A program made the translations under genes and the position numbers. From a bacterium (GTDB taxonomy: Bacteria; Zhuqueibacterota; Zhuqueibacteria; Residuimicrobiales; Krinioviventaceae): 64,000 nucleotides of DNA. This document shows, piece after piece, positions 20,234 through 29,707 of this stretch (position 1 is its first letter; the number at the start of each line of letters is the position of its first letter). Below the pieces are notes generated by a model. The model worked only from the letters and a program-made list of their open reading frames with translations. It searched no databases and had not been told where the DNA came from. The DNA lies in assembly GCA_963693055.1 (NCBI GenBank), contig OY843751.1, positions 4,032,001 through 4,096,000 of the forward strand, given 5' to 3'.

Positions 20234-20926
20234 ATGGCTAAACATATTGGAATTGTTGCATGCAGCGCGGAAGGTGCTGCGCTTTGTTATCAGACCTTGT
20301 GCCGTGAGGCCCCCGCTTATATGGGTGAACACATGCACCCGCAAATCAGTATGCATACCCACCCCTTGGGTGAATACATGGAACATATTTATCGCCACAA
20401 CTGGGAAGGCGTGGCAGACCTTATGCTCTCGTCATCCCGCAAGCTTGCGGAATCCGGAGCAGATTTTGCCATTTGCCCGGACAATACCATTCATCAGGTT
20501 TTCGATAAAGTAGCTGACCGCTCACCAATCCCCTGGCTGCATATTGTTCAGGGTGTGGCAACGGTTGCCAGAATACGCGGATTCCGTAAACTGGGAATCA
20601 CCGGCACCAAATATCTGATGGAAGGCCCCGTTTATCCTGAAAAACTGGAAGAACTGGGCATGCAATGGTCAATACCTGACGGCCCAGACCGCGAAAAGAT
20701 TAATGATATCATTTTTATAGAACTGGTTAACGGTACATTCAAAGAAAAATCACGGTTGTATTTTAACGATGTGATCAAAAAACTCAAAGCAGACGGCTGC
20801 GATGCCGTGGTACTGGGCTGCACCGAAATCCCTCTATTGGTAGACCCGGATGACTGTCCCCTGCCCGTTCTCGACTCGACACGCCTGCTGGCCCGAGCCG
20901 CACTCAAACAAGCGCTTGAAGCATAA
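20234..20926 (+). CDS. Aspartate/glutamate racemase family protein
   Basis: ICPDNTIH and LGCTEIP catalytic motifs. Confidence 0.9.
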   Translation: MAKHIGIVACSAEGAALCYQTLCREAPAYMGEHMHPQISMHTHPLGEYMEHIYRHNWEGVADLMLSSSRKLAESGADFAICPDNTIHQVFDKVADRSPIPWLHIVQGVATVARIRGFRKLGITGTKYLMEGPVYPEKLEELGMQWSIPDGPDREKINDIIFIELVNGTFKEKSRLYFNDVIKKLKADGCDAVVLGCTEIPLLVDPDDCPLPVLDSTRLLARAALKQALEA

Positions 20927-20951
20927 CCCATAATTTTAATATTACACATTC

Positions 20952-20990
20952 AAACCTCCCAAAAGATTGATTCCTTTGGGAGGTTTTTTT
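20952..20990 (+). terminator. Intrinsic terminator
   Basis: AAACCTCCCAAA...TTTGGGAGGTTTTTTT. Confidence 0.8.
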
Positions 20991-21165
20991 ATGTGCAATT
21001 TCCCTAACAATTCATCCTCTATATGAAATAACACCAATAAAAAATATCCCCAGCATGAGCTTTGTGGCAACAGTTTTTAATTATTTTTCACAAGAATGAA
21101 TTTTGTTCATCAAAAAAATTGTTCTAAAAGTAATTCATTTCTCTATAAAACTGGAGTAATAGATC

Positions 21166-21954
21166 ATGAAAAAAATACATGGTTTTATCATTCTGGTAAT
21201 ATCATTCACACTATCCAATTCTCTCATGGCTCAGGAAACAACAGATGTTTTTGTGAACGGCCTCCGAATTGTTGGTCCCGGACATGGATTGAACGGTTCA
21301 GAGCTTGTAGCATTCAATCAGCAATCCGGTATATCATTGGCCTTGCTTGTCAAGATGTCCGAAAGCAAAAACATTGTGGAGATTGAGACCCGCAACTGTA
21401 ATCTCATTGAATTCACTGACAATACTAATTACAACATGCTGGATAGAGTTCACTGGGACAGCTTTCCGGATATCTCCAAGGATGGGCGCACTGCACTGAT
21501 TGAGGTTTCCTCAAGGCGTATCCCTTCTGAAAATGCTACAAAACTACACATAACCGGCAAAATCCAAATGCGTTTGGCTGCCACATCTTTAACCCAAAAG
21601 ATTAAAAACCTCCTGCTGCAAGCAGGCACAAACGCAACGTTTGATCTGGAAACCATTCAGGTAATGAAAGCCCAGATTGATGATGAAAACCTCACCCTGG
21701 TTCTACAGATCAGCCGTGAATTAAAGGACAATATGCAAGAGATCCGCTTTTTCGCCCCAGATGGAAATCCACTTGAATGCTGGGGACAAGGCTCGTTCAG
21801 TTTTGGAAATGCTGCCCAAATGGAATACAACCTCGATACAAAAACAATCCCCGAATACCTGAATCTGGAAATCGATATCTGGCAAAAGCTCGAAACAGTC
21901 AATGTTCCGTTTGATATTCAAACGGAAATGGGCTTTGTGCATAGTCAGCCATAA
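21166..21954 (+). CDS. Hypothetical secreted protein
   Basis: Signal peptide; GGAG RBS. Confidence 0.75.
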   Translation: MKKIHGFIILVISFTLSNSLMAQETTDVFVNGLRIVGPGHGLNGSELVAFNQQSGISLALLVKMSESKNIVEIETRNCNLIEFTDNTNYNMLDRVHWDSFPDISKDGRTALIEVSSRRIPSENATKLHITGKIQMRLAATSLTQKIKNLLLQAGTNATFDLETIQVMKAQIDDENLTLVLQISRELKDNMQEIRFFAPDGNPLECWGQGSFSFGNAAQMEYNLDTKTIPEYLNLEIDIWQKLETVNVPFDIQTEMGFVHSQP

Positions 21955-22026
21955 TTTGATATTATCATTTAAAAAATATCTGATATATCCCAATCAGGGT
22001 AAACAAAATCATTAATTGAGGAGAAA

Positions 22027-22665
22027 TTGACCATGATTTACTCACATTATTTTAGAACAGATATTATACAGGTTCTGGCTCTTGTTTTGTTTTTACTTGT
22101 TTTTGACGCCTCTCCGCTTTTAGCAGATGATACAGAAGGCGGAGAAACTCCCCAGGCCGTTTTTGCTGCAGCTAAAAAAGCCGGTTCAGTCAAGGATTTT
22201 AATTCCTTTATAAAACTGGTTGCACCTTCTGAACGTCCCATGTTGGCTTTTGGAACGGATATGGGCGTAGATATGTTTGTTGAATTCTATGAAGGTGATA
22301 AAGCAGAAGAATACAAGATGAAATATCAGGATATTCAGAAAAAATTTGGCATAAATCCTGAACCGGAAGACAAAGGCGAAACACTGCAAATTACCAGCGA
22401 GACCCCGCAGGAAGTCATAGACGAACACATGGTTAAACGGGCAAACAAATTGTACGGTCATGTGGACGCGGTCAACTATATCTCTGAACTATTATCATTC
22501 ATGTTCAGCATGCCCGAAATGGCAGAACAACCGTTTTTTCCGTATAACGAGCTGTTAAATCTAAACATTGATGGTGATAAAGCTACCGGAACTGCCGGCG
22601 ACAAAGCAGTCAGCTTTATCAAGGAAAACAATCGCTGGTTCTTAACTGCAGGAGTAATGGACTAG
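22027..22665 (+). CDS. Hypothetical secreted protein
   Basis: Hydrophobic leader, GAGGAG RBS; C-terminal IDGDKAT...FIKENNRW. Confidence 0.75.
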   Translation: MTMIYSHYFRTDIIQVLALVLFLLVFDASPLLADDTEGGETPQAVFAAAKKAGSVKDFNSFIKLVAPSERPMLAFGTDMGVDMFVEFYEGDKAEEYKMKYQDIQKKFGINPEPEDKGETLQITSETPQEVIDEHMVKRANKLYGHVDAVNYISELLSFMFSMPEMAEQPFFPYNELLNLNIDGDKATGTAGDKAVSFIKENNRWFLTAGVMD

Positions 22666-22905
22666 AAAATCCATGTAAAAGTACACAAGAAAAATATCAG
22701 CCCATTCCACAGACATTTCAAACTAGCATTAGACCTCGTATAACAGAAAATACAAAAAATACTATATAGAATACATTATCATTACCCTCATTTCACTGGA
22801 ATATGGAAATAATAATCAGAGCAATCTCATAATCAAGGTCAAAAAATATACTTGCATTCCGTACAGATTAAAAGTATAATAATTATTCTAAAAACCGGAG
22901 TAGTT

Positions 22906-24633
22906 ATGAGATTCTTGTTCTGTTTACTGATGATTTGCAGTGCATTTGCCAAAGAATTCACCGAAACCCTGGACCGTGGGCTGGTAGTGATGCTCATGGA
23001 AAATAAGCACGCTTATATTGGCTGGCGCCTTTTAAAATCAGACCCGTCCGATATCGCATTCAATGTGTATCGTGAAAATAACAATAATCCTGTTAAACTC
23101 AACGACTCCCCCATCACCACATCTACAAACCTGGTCGATTCTACCATATCGCTCCAGCAATCCAATACGTGGTGGGTTACTCCTGTTTTAGATGGTAAAG
23201 AACAGACTCCTTCTCGCAAATTCACCGTACCGGCTAATCCTGCAATCCAATCGTGCGTCAAAATCAAACTGGATGGCGATTATGGCGCAAACAAGATAGG
23301 AATAGCTGATCTGGATGGTGACGGCGTGTACGATTATATCATCAAACAACCGAGAGGCTCACTCGATCCGGGCAGACAGCGTCACAGTCCCGATACATAC
23401 AAGATCGAAGCCTATAACGGACGTACCCACGAGCTCATGTGGCGGCATGATCTGGGCTGGAACATGAATATGGGCATATGGTTTACACCGGCTATCATTT
23501 ACGATCTGGACAATGACGGCAAGGCCGAGGTGGCATTCAAATCCGCACCCTATGCTGCAACCAAAGAAAAAGCACTCATCAGTGAAGGCGGTTTTGTACT
23601 GGCAGGCCCGGAATACTGCACAGTGCTGGATGGTGTGACCGGTAAGGAAACCTCACGGGTAGACTGGATAGCCCGCGGTGACCAGATGGGCTGGGGTGAC
23701 AACAAGGGCAATCGCGTCAACCGCAATCAGATTGGTGTTGCCTATCTGGATGGTGAACGTCCCGCTCTGTTGGTTCTGCGTGGGACTTATACCAAAATGC
23801 TGATCGACGCTTATCATTATATCGACAAAAAGCTGGTCAAGGTATGGAGCTGGACCGGTGAGGATGAAAACCCACCATTACGGGGACAAGGCGGTCATTC
23901 ACTGCATGTCTATGACCTGGATGATGATGGCAAAGACGAGATCATTATTGGTTCTGCAGTGATTGACGACAATGGTAAATGTCTCTGGCGTATGGATATG
24001 GGCCACCCGGACTGGAGCTATCTTGCCGATATTGATCCGGATCATGAGGGACTCGAAATAGCATTCGGATTTGAAGACGCACAGCCGCGTAACGGCATCT
24101 GCCTTGCTGATCCTCAAGACGGCAGCATTTTGTGGGGATGCGATTTCCCCACCACACATATTCACGACTGGGGCATGGTAGCGGATATTGATCCCGCCCA
24201 TCCCGGTATGGAAATTTACGGCATGGAACGTGACGGTAAAACCTGTTGGCTTTTCAGCGCCAAGGGAGAATTGCTGGCCAGCAATGAAGATTTGGGACGC
24301 CACGGTCCCCGATCGTTTTACTGGTTGGATGGCACTACCAAAGTACGCGTACCGTTCAGCTATCGACCGGGAACGTTTCCTATACTAAAATATAAAGATG
24401 AAAAGATTAGCGAAATTGAAGGCCAGCCCATTGCCATTGCTGACTGTCTGGGAGACTGGCGCGAAGAGGTCATTTGCGTTTTTGACGGATATATCCGCAT
24501 CTATAGCACAACCGTGCCTGCTACCAGCAGACACATTTGCCTGATGCAGGACCCACTCTACCGCATGGAAGTTGCTATGCAGATGATGGGGTATTTTTAT
24601 CCCCCGCAATTGAGTACCTTGATAAAACCCTGA
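22906..24633 (+). CDS. Rhamnogalacturonan lyase (PL11, YesW/YesX-like)
   Basis: ETLDRGLV, YIGWRLL, DLDGDG repeats, GNRVNR, RGTYT, GQGGHSL, DCLGDWREE, LMQDPLYR; ATG 22906 behind GGAG. Confidence 0.88.
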   Translation: MRFLFCLLMICSAFAKEFTETLDRGLVVMLMENKHAYIGWRLLKSDPSDIAFNVYRENNNNPVKLNDSPITTSTNLVDSTISLQQSNTWWVTPVLDGKEQTPSRKFTVPANPAIQSCVKIKLDGDYGANKIGIADLDGDGVYDYIIKQPRGSLDPGRQRHSPDTYKIEAYNGRTHELMWRHDLGWNMNMGIWFTPAIIYDLDNDGKAEVAFKSAPYAATKEKALISEGGFVLAGPEYCTVLDGVTGKETSRVDWIARGDQMGWGDNKGNRVNRNQIGVAYLDGERPALLVLRGTYTKMLIDAYHYIDKKLVKVWSWTGEDENPPLRGQGGHSLHVYDLDDDGKDEIIIGSAVIDDNGKCLWRMDMGHPDWSYLADIDPDHEGLEIAFGFEDAQPRNGICLADPQDGSILWGCDFPTTHIHDWGMVADIDPAHPGMEIYGMERDGKTCWLFSAKGELLASNEDLGRHGPRSFYWLDGTTKVRVPFSYRPGTFPILKYKDEKISEIEGQPIAIADCLGDWREEVICVFDGYIRIYSTTVPATSRHICLMQDPLYRMEVAMQMMGYFYPPQLSTLIKP

Positions 24634-24634
24634 T

Positions 24635-25348
24635 TGACCTTGATTCACCATGATTTAAGGATTAACCCAGATTAAAGGATTTCAGGATTACCCTGATTTT
24701 TCTAAAAACATCCTCTTTTTTAAAGGATGACCCTAAATATTTAAATAATCTCATTCACAAATAATATCAATATCAGGTAAGGACCGGTCTGAGACCGGTC
24801 CCTGCTTGAAAACATTTACAATTTCTATTTGCATAACACGGGTGTTACAATACTATAATATCCCTTATGGAGTACAGTCCGTTTATGGACTGTGTGCGGA
24901 TCAAAGATCCCCATAAAATGCTAACTTTTGAACAACATCAACTGATCACGATGCAGATCCAGGCCCGCTTCCTGAGTAGTCCCGGTTCGTTCACGAGACG
25001 GGACTTAACGAAGGGCAAGGGCCTTGTTATGTATTCATTTTACCCGGCCTTTCGATACGCTCATCCGTATTGACTGACTCGCACTCAGGGACCGGTGGGG
25101 CACTCTATTATAGCAATTCAAATCCCCGCATCTCGAAAAATTCATTTGGGACATTCTTCCCGCTATTCCGCATTCCTTCACCAGCTAATAGGACGGATTA
25201 AAACCGGCACGGTTGCTGAGTGTTCGTTCGCCAGCTGGCGGACGAACGTATCGAAGCATCGGCTCGTTTCAATTGTCTCCTGAAGTGATGATCTGGATAT
25301 AGACAAAGACAGGCATTTTCCTTCTGACGACTGATAACTGATAACTAA
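24635..25348. repeat. Composite REP-like cluster
   Basis: nnnnnGATT 9-mers at 24635-24700; GGACCGGTC-TGA-GACCGGTCC at 24781-24801; three CTGAGT...CGAAG / CTTCGA...CTCAGG hairpins; CTGATAA heptamers. Confidence 0.65.
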
Positions 25349-25420
25349 CAACCTTAACAGCCTTGCCTCATCTCGAATTATCAATAACCACTTGTAGTTC
25401 TCAGCTAATATATATAGCTA

Positions 25421-26260
25421 TCATTTTACAAACCTGAGCACAAACGCCCAATAAAAGAACCTCAAAAACCGAAACCGTTTTACCAGCCTGGCATCAAAAG
25501 TATCCAGTTTCTCATCATACTTTTTCAATAGTGGAAAACGGGTAAACTTTTTCAAAAAACTAAAATACTCGATGTGGATATCGGAAAACAACCTGCCAAA
25601 ATAACGTACATCTTTTTCATTCAACTGCGATCCGCCAGGTGACTCGAAACACTTTGTTGGGAACATGCTTCGCACAAAAATCAACGGTTTAAATGGAATT
25701 CGCGGCTCTATAAATAACGCCTCTCCACCAGGCTTTAATAATCTGTAAAACTCTTTTCCTACCAGTTCAAGATTGAGGTGGTGCAGCGCTCCGAATCCCA
25801 CAATATAGTCGAAATATTCATCCGGGAATTCCGTCTCCTGAGCGGACATGACCCGTATATCAGTTAAATCCGTTACATGGTTAAATTCAGCATTGCGACA
25901 GGCCAATTCAATCATTTTATCAGATATATCAATACCTGTTACCTGTGCACCAAATTTTGCCAGTTTAACAGTTGTAAATCCATATCCACATCCTACATCC
26001 AGAATGCGTTTATCCTTTATATTACTTAAATAATTGTAAAAATACTGATGCGTTTGAGGAAATTTCTCATCCGGGTCATACAGGAACAATTCCTCATCAA
26101 AATCATCAAGATACGACAATGCTTCCTCGTTATAGAATTCGCGCTCAAGCGTATCCTTTTTATCTACATTCTCAATTTGCTTCAAGGGATTATTAAAGGT
26201 GCGTAAGATCTTTTTGGAATTTTGGATATATTCTTGAAATCGTTTATAACCTGTGCTCAT
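25421..26260 (-). CDS. Class I SAM-dependent methyltransferase
   Basis: ILDVGCGYG, GIDIS, FDYIV..GALHH, LLKPGG. Confidence 0.9.
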   Translation of the reverse strand: MSTGYKRFQEYIQNSKKILRTFNNPLKQIENVDKKDTLEREFYNEEALSYLDDFDEELFLYDPDEKFPQTHQYFYNYLSNIKDKRILDVGCGYGFTTVKLAKFGAQVTGIDISDKMIELACRNAEFNHVTDLTDIRVMSAQETEFPDEYFDYIVGFGALHHLNLELVGKEFYRLLKPGGEALFIEPRIPFKPLIFVRSMFPTKCFESPGGSQLNEKDVRYFGRLFSDIHIEYFSFLKKFTRFPLLKKYDEKLDTFDARLVKRFRFLRFFYWAFVLRFVK

Positions 26261-26572
26261 CGGTACCCCTCTATTTTGTACAAAATAAAATATTAAAAAT
26301 TTCAGATAAACAAAAACATTTTAACTATTTTTTATATTTTAATTGATAGTTAGAGTCTGATCATAAAAATTACTCATCACACCCGATCCTATTGTATCCA
26401 GAGGCAATGATCTAAATATAACAAAGACAGGGCAGGCTATTCTGACGACTGACTACTGATAACAGAATACTTTTCGTTTAACGTCTGCCTTTTGCCTATA
26501 CCCTCCTCCCAATTAAAATTATTGATATAAAAAAAATTTTTACTAAATTATCTCAATCACAGGAGGAAAATT

Positions 26573-27772
26573 ATGGCTCTACTTTTCAAGCAGTACCGGA
26601 TTTATTTCATTATAACAATTATGGCAACATCATTATGTTTTGCCCAACAAGAGCTCTCTGTAAACGATTTTAAATTCGACGGCGAATTGGGTTCTCAAGG
26701 TGCCAAAATATCCAAACTTGGTAAAAACTATTTTAAAATAAATCTGGGGCATGCACCCTATCACGATAACTGGAGCAACATGCTGCAATTCCAGATCACT
26801 GGAAACGCAAAAGGCAATACACTGCGGCTGGATGTGGAATTTGATCATCCGGAAGCCCATTACGTCTTTAACTCTTATGCCTATTCCTGGTCTTACGATC
26901 AGGAAAACTGGCAGCCCATTCAATGGAAGCAATACTGTCCCACCAAGTACATGGATGTATTGGTATTCCCCGCATTCACAAAAGATACCGTCTGGTTTGG
27001 TCATCAGGTTCCTGTCTCGTTTGAGCAAATTGAAAGCATGATCAAGCAGTGGGAGAAAAACCAATTTGTTACCGTACATACCCTGGGCAAATCTCTTGGA
27101 GGAAAAAACCTGTACCGGGTTACAGTAACCAATTCAAACGCCACCGGTAAAAAATGGGTGCATTATTTTTCCAATCAACATCCGGGTGAGCACAACTCGC
27201 AGTGGCGAATGATTGCCATGATGGAATGGCTATTGAGTGATGAGGGCAATGCATATCTTGATAAAAGCATTAATCATTTTGTATTCATGATGAGTCCCGA
27301 TGCCCCGGCGAACGGATGGTATCGCGTAAACGCGGAAGGTGTGGATATGAACCGCTCTTATCGGCTTGAAGGTTCAAACAAGGATGAACAAGCACACGAG
27401 GCTTTTATCTTTCAAAAAGATTTTGAAGAGATCATGCAGTCACCCAATCCCGTAACTGATATCTGGGCTATGCATACCTGGCAGGGTGTTGTGGAATCAA
27501 TCATTATTCCCGGTCCGGAAATGGGCACAGAACTGGGGCCCTGGACGGATTTGAGAGAGATCATAATAAAAAATGATACTGAACTATTAGCAGAGCCTCT
27601 ACGTAAACAGGATTATAACAAAGACATCGCAACCCATTGGAACCACGGTCCGTATGGTCAATTTGGCATTACGTCAATCCTCTGCGAAGGTGGTGGCAGC
27701 TTTTATACTAAAGCAGAGAATAAAAAATCAGGGGTATTGCTGATCAAAAGCATTGCGGAATATTATAAATAA
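26573..27772 (+). CDS. Secreted M14 zinc carboxypeptidase family protein
   Basis: QHPGE (HxxE), DMNR, AMH, CEG; signal peptide. Confidence 0.82.
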   Translation: MALLFKQYRIYFIITIMATSLCFAQQELSVNDFKFDGELGSQGAKISKLGKNYFKINLGHAPYHDNWSNMLQFQITGNAKGNTLRLDVEFDHPEAHYVFNSYAYSWSYDQENWQPIQWKQYCPTKYMDVLVFPAFTKDTVWFGHQVPVSFEQIESMIKQWEKNQFVTVHTLGKSLGGKNLYRVTVTNSNATGKKWVHYFSNQHPGEHNSQWRMIAMMEWLLSDEGNAYLDKSINHFVFMMSPDAPANGWYRVNAEGVDMNRSYRLEGSNKDEQAHEAFIFQKDFEEIMQSPNPVTDIWAMHTWQGVVESIIIPGPEMGTELGPWTDLREIIIKNDTELLAEPLRKQDYNKDIATHWNHGPYGQFGITSILCEGGGSFYTKAENKKSGVLLIKSIAEYYK

Positions 27773-27784
27773 CCACGATCATCT

Positions 27785-27824
27785 AAAAAAAAGCCCGTCT
27801 ACAGAAAAATGGACGGGCTTTTTT
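27785..27824. terminator. Bidirectional terminator
   Basis: AAAAAAAAGCCCGTC...GACGGGCTTTTTT between convergent genes. Confidence 0.85.
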
Positions 27825-27843
27825 AATAAATATCTAAATGCTC

Positions 27844-29502
27844 TTACTTGATCAGGAGCATTTTCCTTGTTTGTCTGAAATCATCGGCTTTAATAGAATA
27901 AAAATATACACCGGAAGAAAAATCATGAGCGTCAAAGGTAACGGAATAATTACCAGCTACCTTTTTTCCTTTAACCAGAGTTTTGACTTTTTGACCCAGT
28001 GAATTATAAAGCTCGATGGTAACCACACCGGTTTTACCAACACTGTAATTTATTCTGGTGGTTGGATTAAACGGATTTGGACAATTTTGATATAATTCTA
28101 TACTATTGGGTAAATTACCCTCAAAATCATCTATTGCAGTCGTTTTATCAACTTCAAATGCACCCAAATCCGGAGCATTGTCCAGATAAGGGAAACCAAT
28201 ATCAACACCAGCATCAACTATGGGACTCGAACCAACTGGTTTTAAAAAATCAATATTAGGCAAATTGCCAAATTCATCTCGCGGGGCAGTTAACTGGTCC
28301 ATATCGCTGCTTAAAAAATCATCAGAAACAATGTGAATACCTAAATTCCACGTATTCGTTTCCTGTGTGTTCAACGAGTCAACTATATAAGCAGTGCCAT
28401 CTCCATACTGTGCAGCTGCCAGGTTATTTTTCAGAACATGGTCATATCCCGGGCCATCAATATTTTCTGCATCTTCACGAGATGGACGGTTTAACATATT
28501 AAAATCTTTGGCTGAATTTCTATAACCCGTGTTATTAAACCAATCATTTCCTCCTAAATGATGATTGGAATAAAAGCCATTCGCTTTATTGCGCACAGCA
28601 ACACAAAATCGGATGGTATGTCTTGGGATAATCTCTGGCAGCTTTTCATTGGAATCATAAGCATGTCCACCTGCTTTGAATCCATTGCCATCACCCAAGC
28701 TTTTAAATAAAGTTGAATACCCATTATAAAATGCCCAGCAACTATCAAAAATAACAGCTTCTCCTGAACGGATAATATCAAAACCATCATCACTGTTAAA
28801 CCATGCGCGGCATCCCTTAAAAATATTGCCAGTCGAACCGACACTCGGGTGACATCCAAAACCATCATTATTGCTGCCCAGCCCATCTTCTGAAACCGTA
28901 TCCCAATTTCGATATGAATCACAATTCAGGAACAAATTACCTCCACCTCTGTAATGACGCAATCCGGTTCCCACATTATCATGCATACTGATTTGTTCAT
29001 AAATATTGTTATTCCCCCTGCTATAAATGCAATAGGATTCGGTATGCTCTTTTATTGTGGTCTGTATTCCAGTCATTTCAAATCCTTTTATATGGATATA
29101 GCTGCCAACCACATATATACCGACCACCCGCCGATCCTGAGGTTTTACATTTGAAAAGTCAAAGGTTGGTGTTTCACCCGGATAAGCCCAATATTTAATT
29201 GTATTGCCATCTGTACCGCTCTTTTCCAGTAAAGTAATACAGGCAAATAATCCTTGCACCACCTGTGAAATTTGACTTTCTTCAATCTGATAAAGTCCCC
29301 CCCTCACATAAACCGTGTCGCCAGCACTAACTAGCTCTTGCGCTTTTTGTAATGATTGTAGTGGCAATTCGATCGTACCGGGATTATCATCATTACCGCT
29401 AGGAGCAACAAAAATTTGTGTCATGTCGTTTTGTTGTGCATATAAAATATTAAAACATTGCAATATTAAAAATACAGAAATTAATGATAACTTGTACCTC
29501 AT
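27844..29502 (-). CDS. Pectate lyase (PL9-like beta-helix) with CTD
   Basis: FVAPSGNDDNPGT, NCDSYRN.D, N.DGF, CRAWFNSDDGFD, GDGNGFKAGG; CPNPFNPTT CTD. Confidence 0.85.
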   Translation of the reverse strand: MRYKLSLISVFLILQCFNILYAQQNDMTQIFVAPSGNDDNPGTIELPLQSLQKAQELVSAGDTVYVRGGLYQIEESQISQVVQGLFACITLLEKSGTDGNTIKYWAYPGETPTFDFSNVKPQDRRVVGIYVVGSYIHIKGFEMTGIQTTIKEHTESYCIYSRGNNNIYEQISMHDNVGTGLRHYRGGGNLFLNCDSYRNWDTVSEDGLGSNNDGFGCHPSVGSTGNIFKGCRAWFNSDDGFDIIRSGEAVIFDSCWAFYNGYSTLFKSLGDGNGFKAGGHAYDSNEKLPEIIPRHTIRFCVAVRNKANGFYSNHHLGGNDWFNNTGYRNSAKDFNMLNRPSREDAENIDGPGYDHVLKNNLAAAQYGDGTAYIVDSLNTQETNTWNLGIHIVSDDFLSSDMDQLTAPRDEFGNLPNIDFLKPVGSSPIVDAGVDIGFPYLDNAPDLGAFEVDKTTAIDDFEGNLPNSIELYQNCPNPFNPTTRINYSVGKTGVVTIELYNSLGQKVKTLVKGKKVAGNYSVTFDAHDFSSGVYFYSIKADDFRQTRKMLLIK

Positions 29503-29647
29503 AATTTCTCCATAAATTAAAAAATTGTAGCTCATTATATTATGGACAGATTTTGCTATTCTCCAGAAGGCATTTTAAATAACAAAGATCTTCAAGTTTT
29601 TTACAATTTTCTGTAGAAAATCATCGGGATTAACAATCTTTATTATT

Positions 29648-29682
29648 AAAAAAAGCCCGTCTACCAATAAGCAGACGGGCTT
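29648..29682 (-). terminator. Intrinsic terminator
   Basis: AAAAAAAGCCCGTCT...AGACGGGCTT, U-tract on the minus strand. Confidence 0.8.
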
Positions 29683-29707
29683 GCTTGAAAACAGATAATC
29701 AAATTAA

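Noticed and set aside
24963-25024. Hammerhead ribozyme
   Set aside because: Has CTGAGTAG...CGAAG rather than CUGAnGA...GAAA, and matches the dispersed hairpin repeat family.
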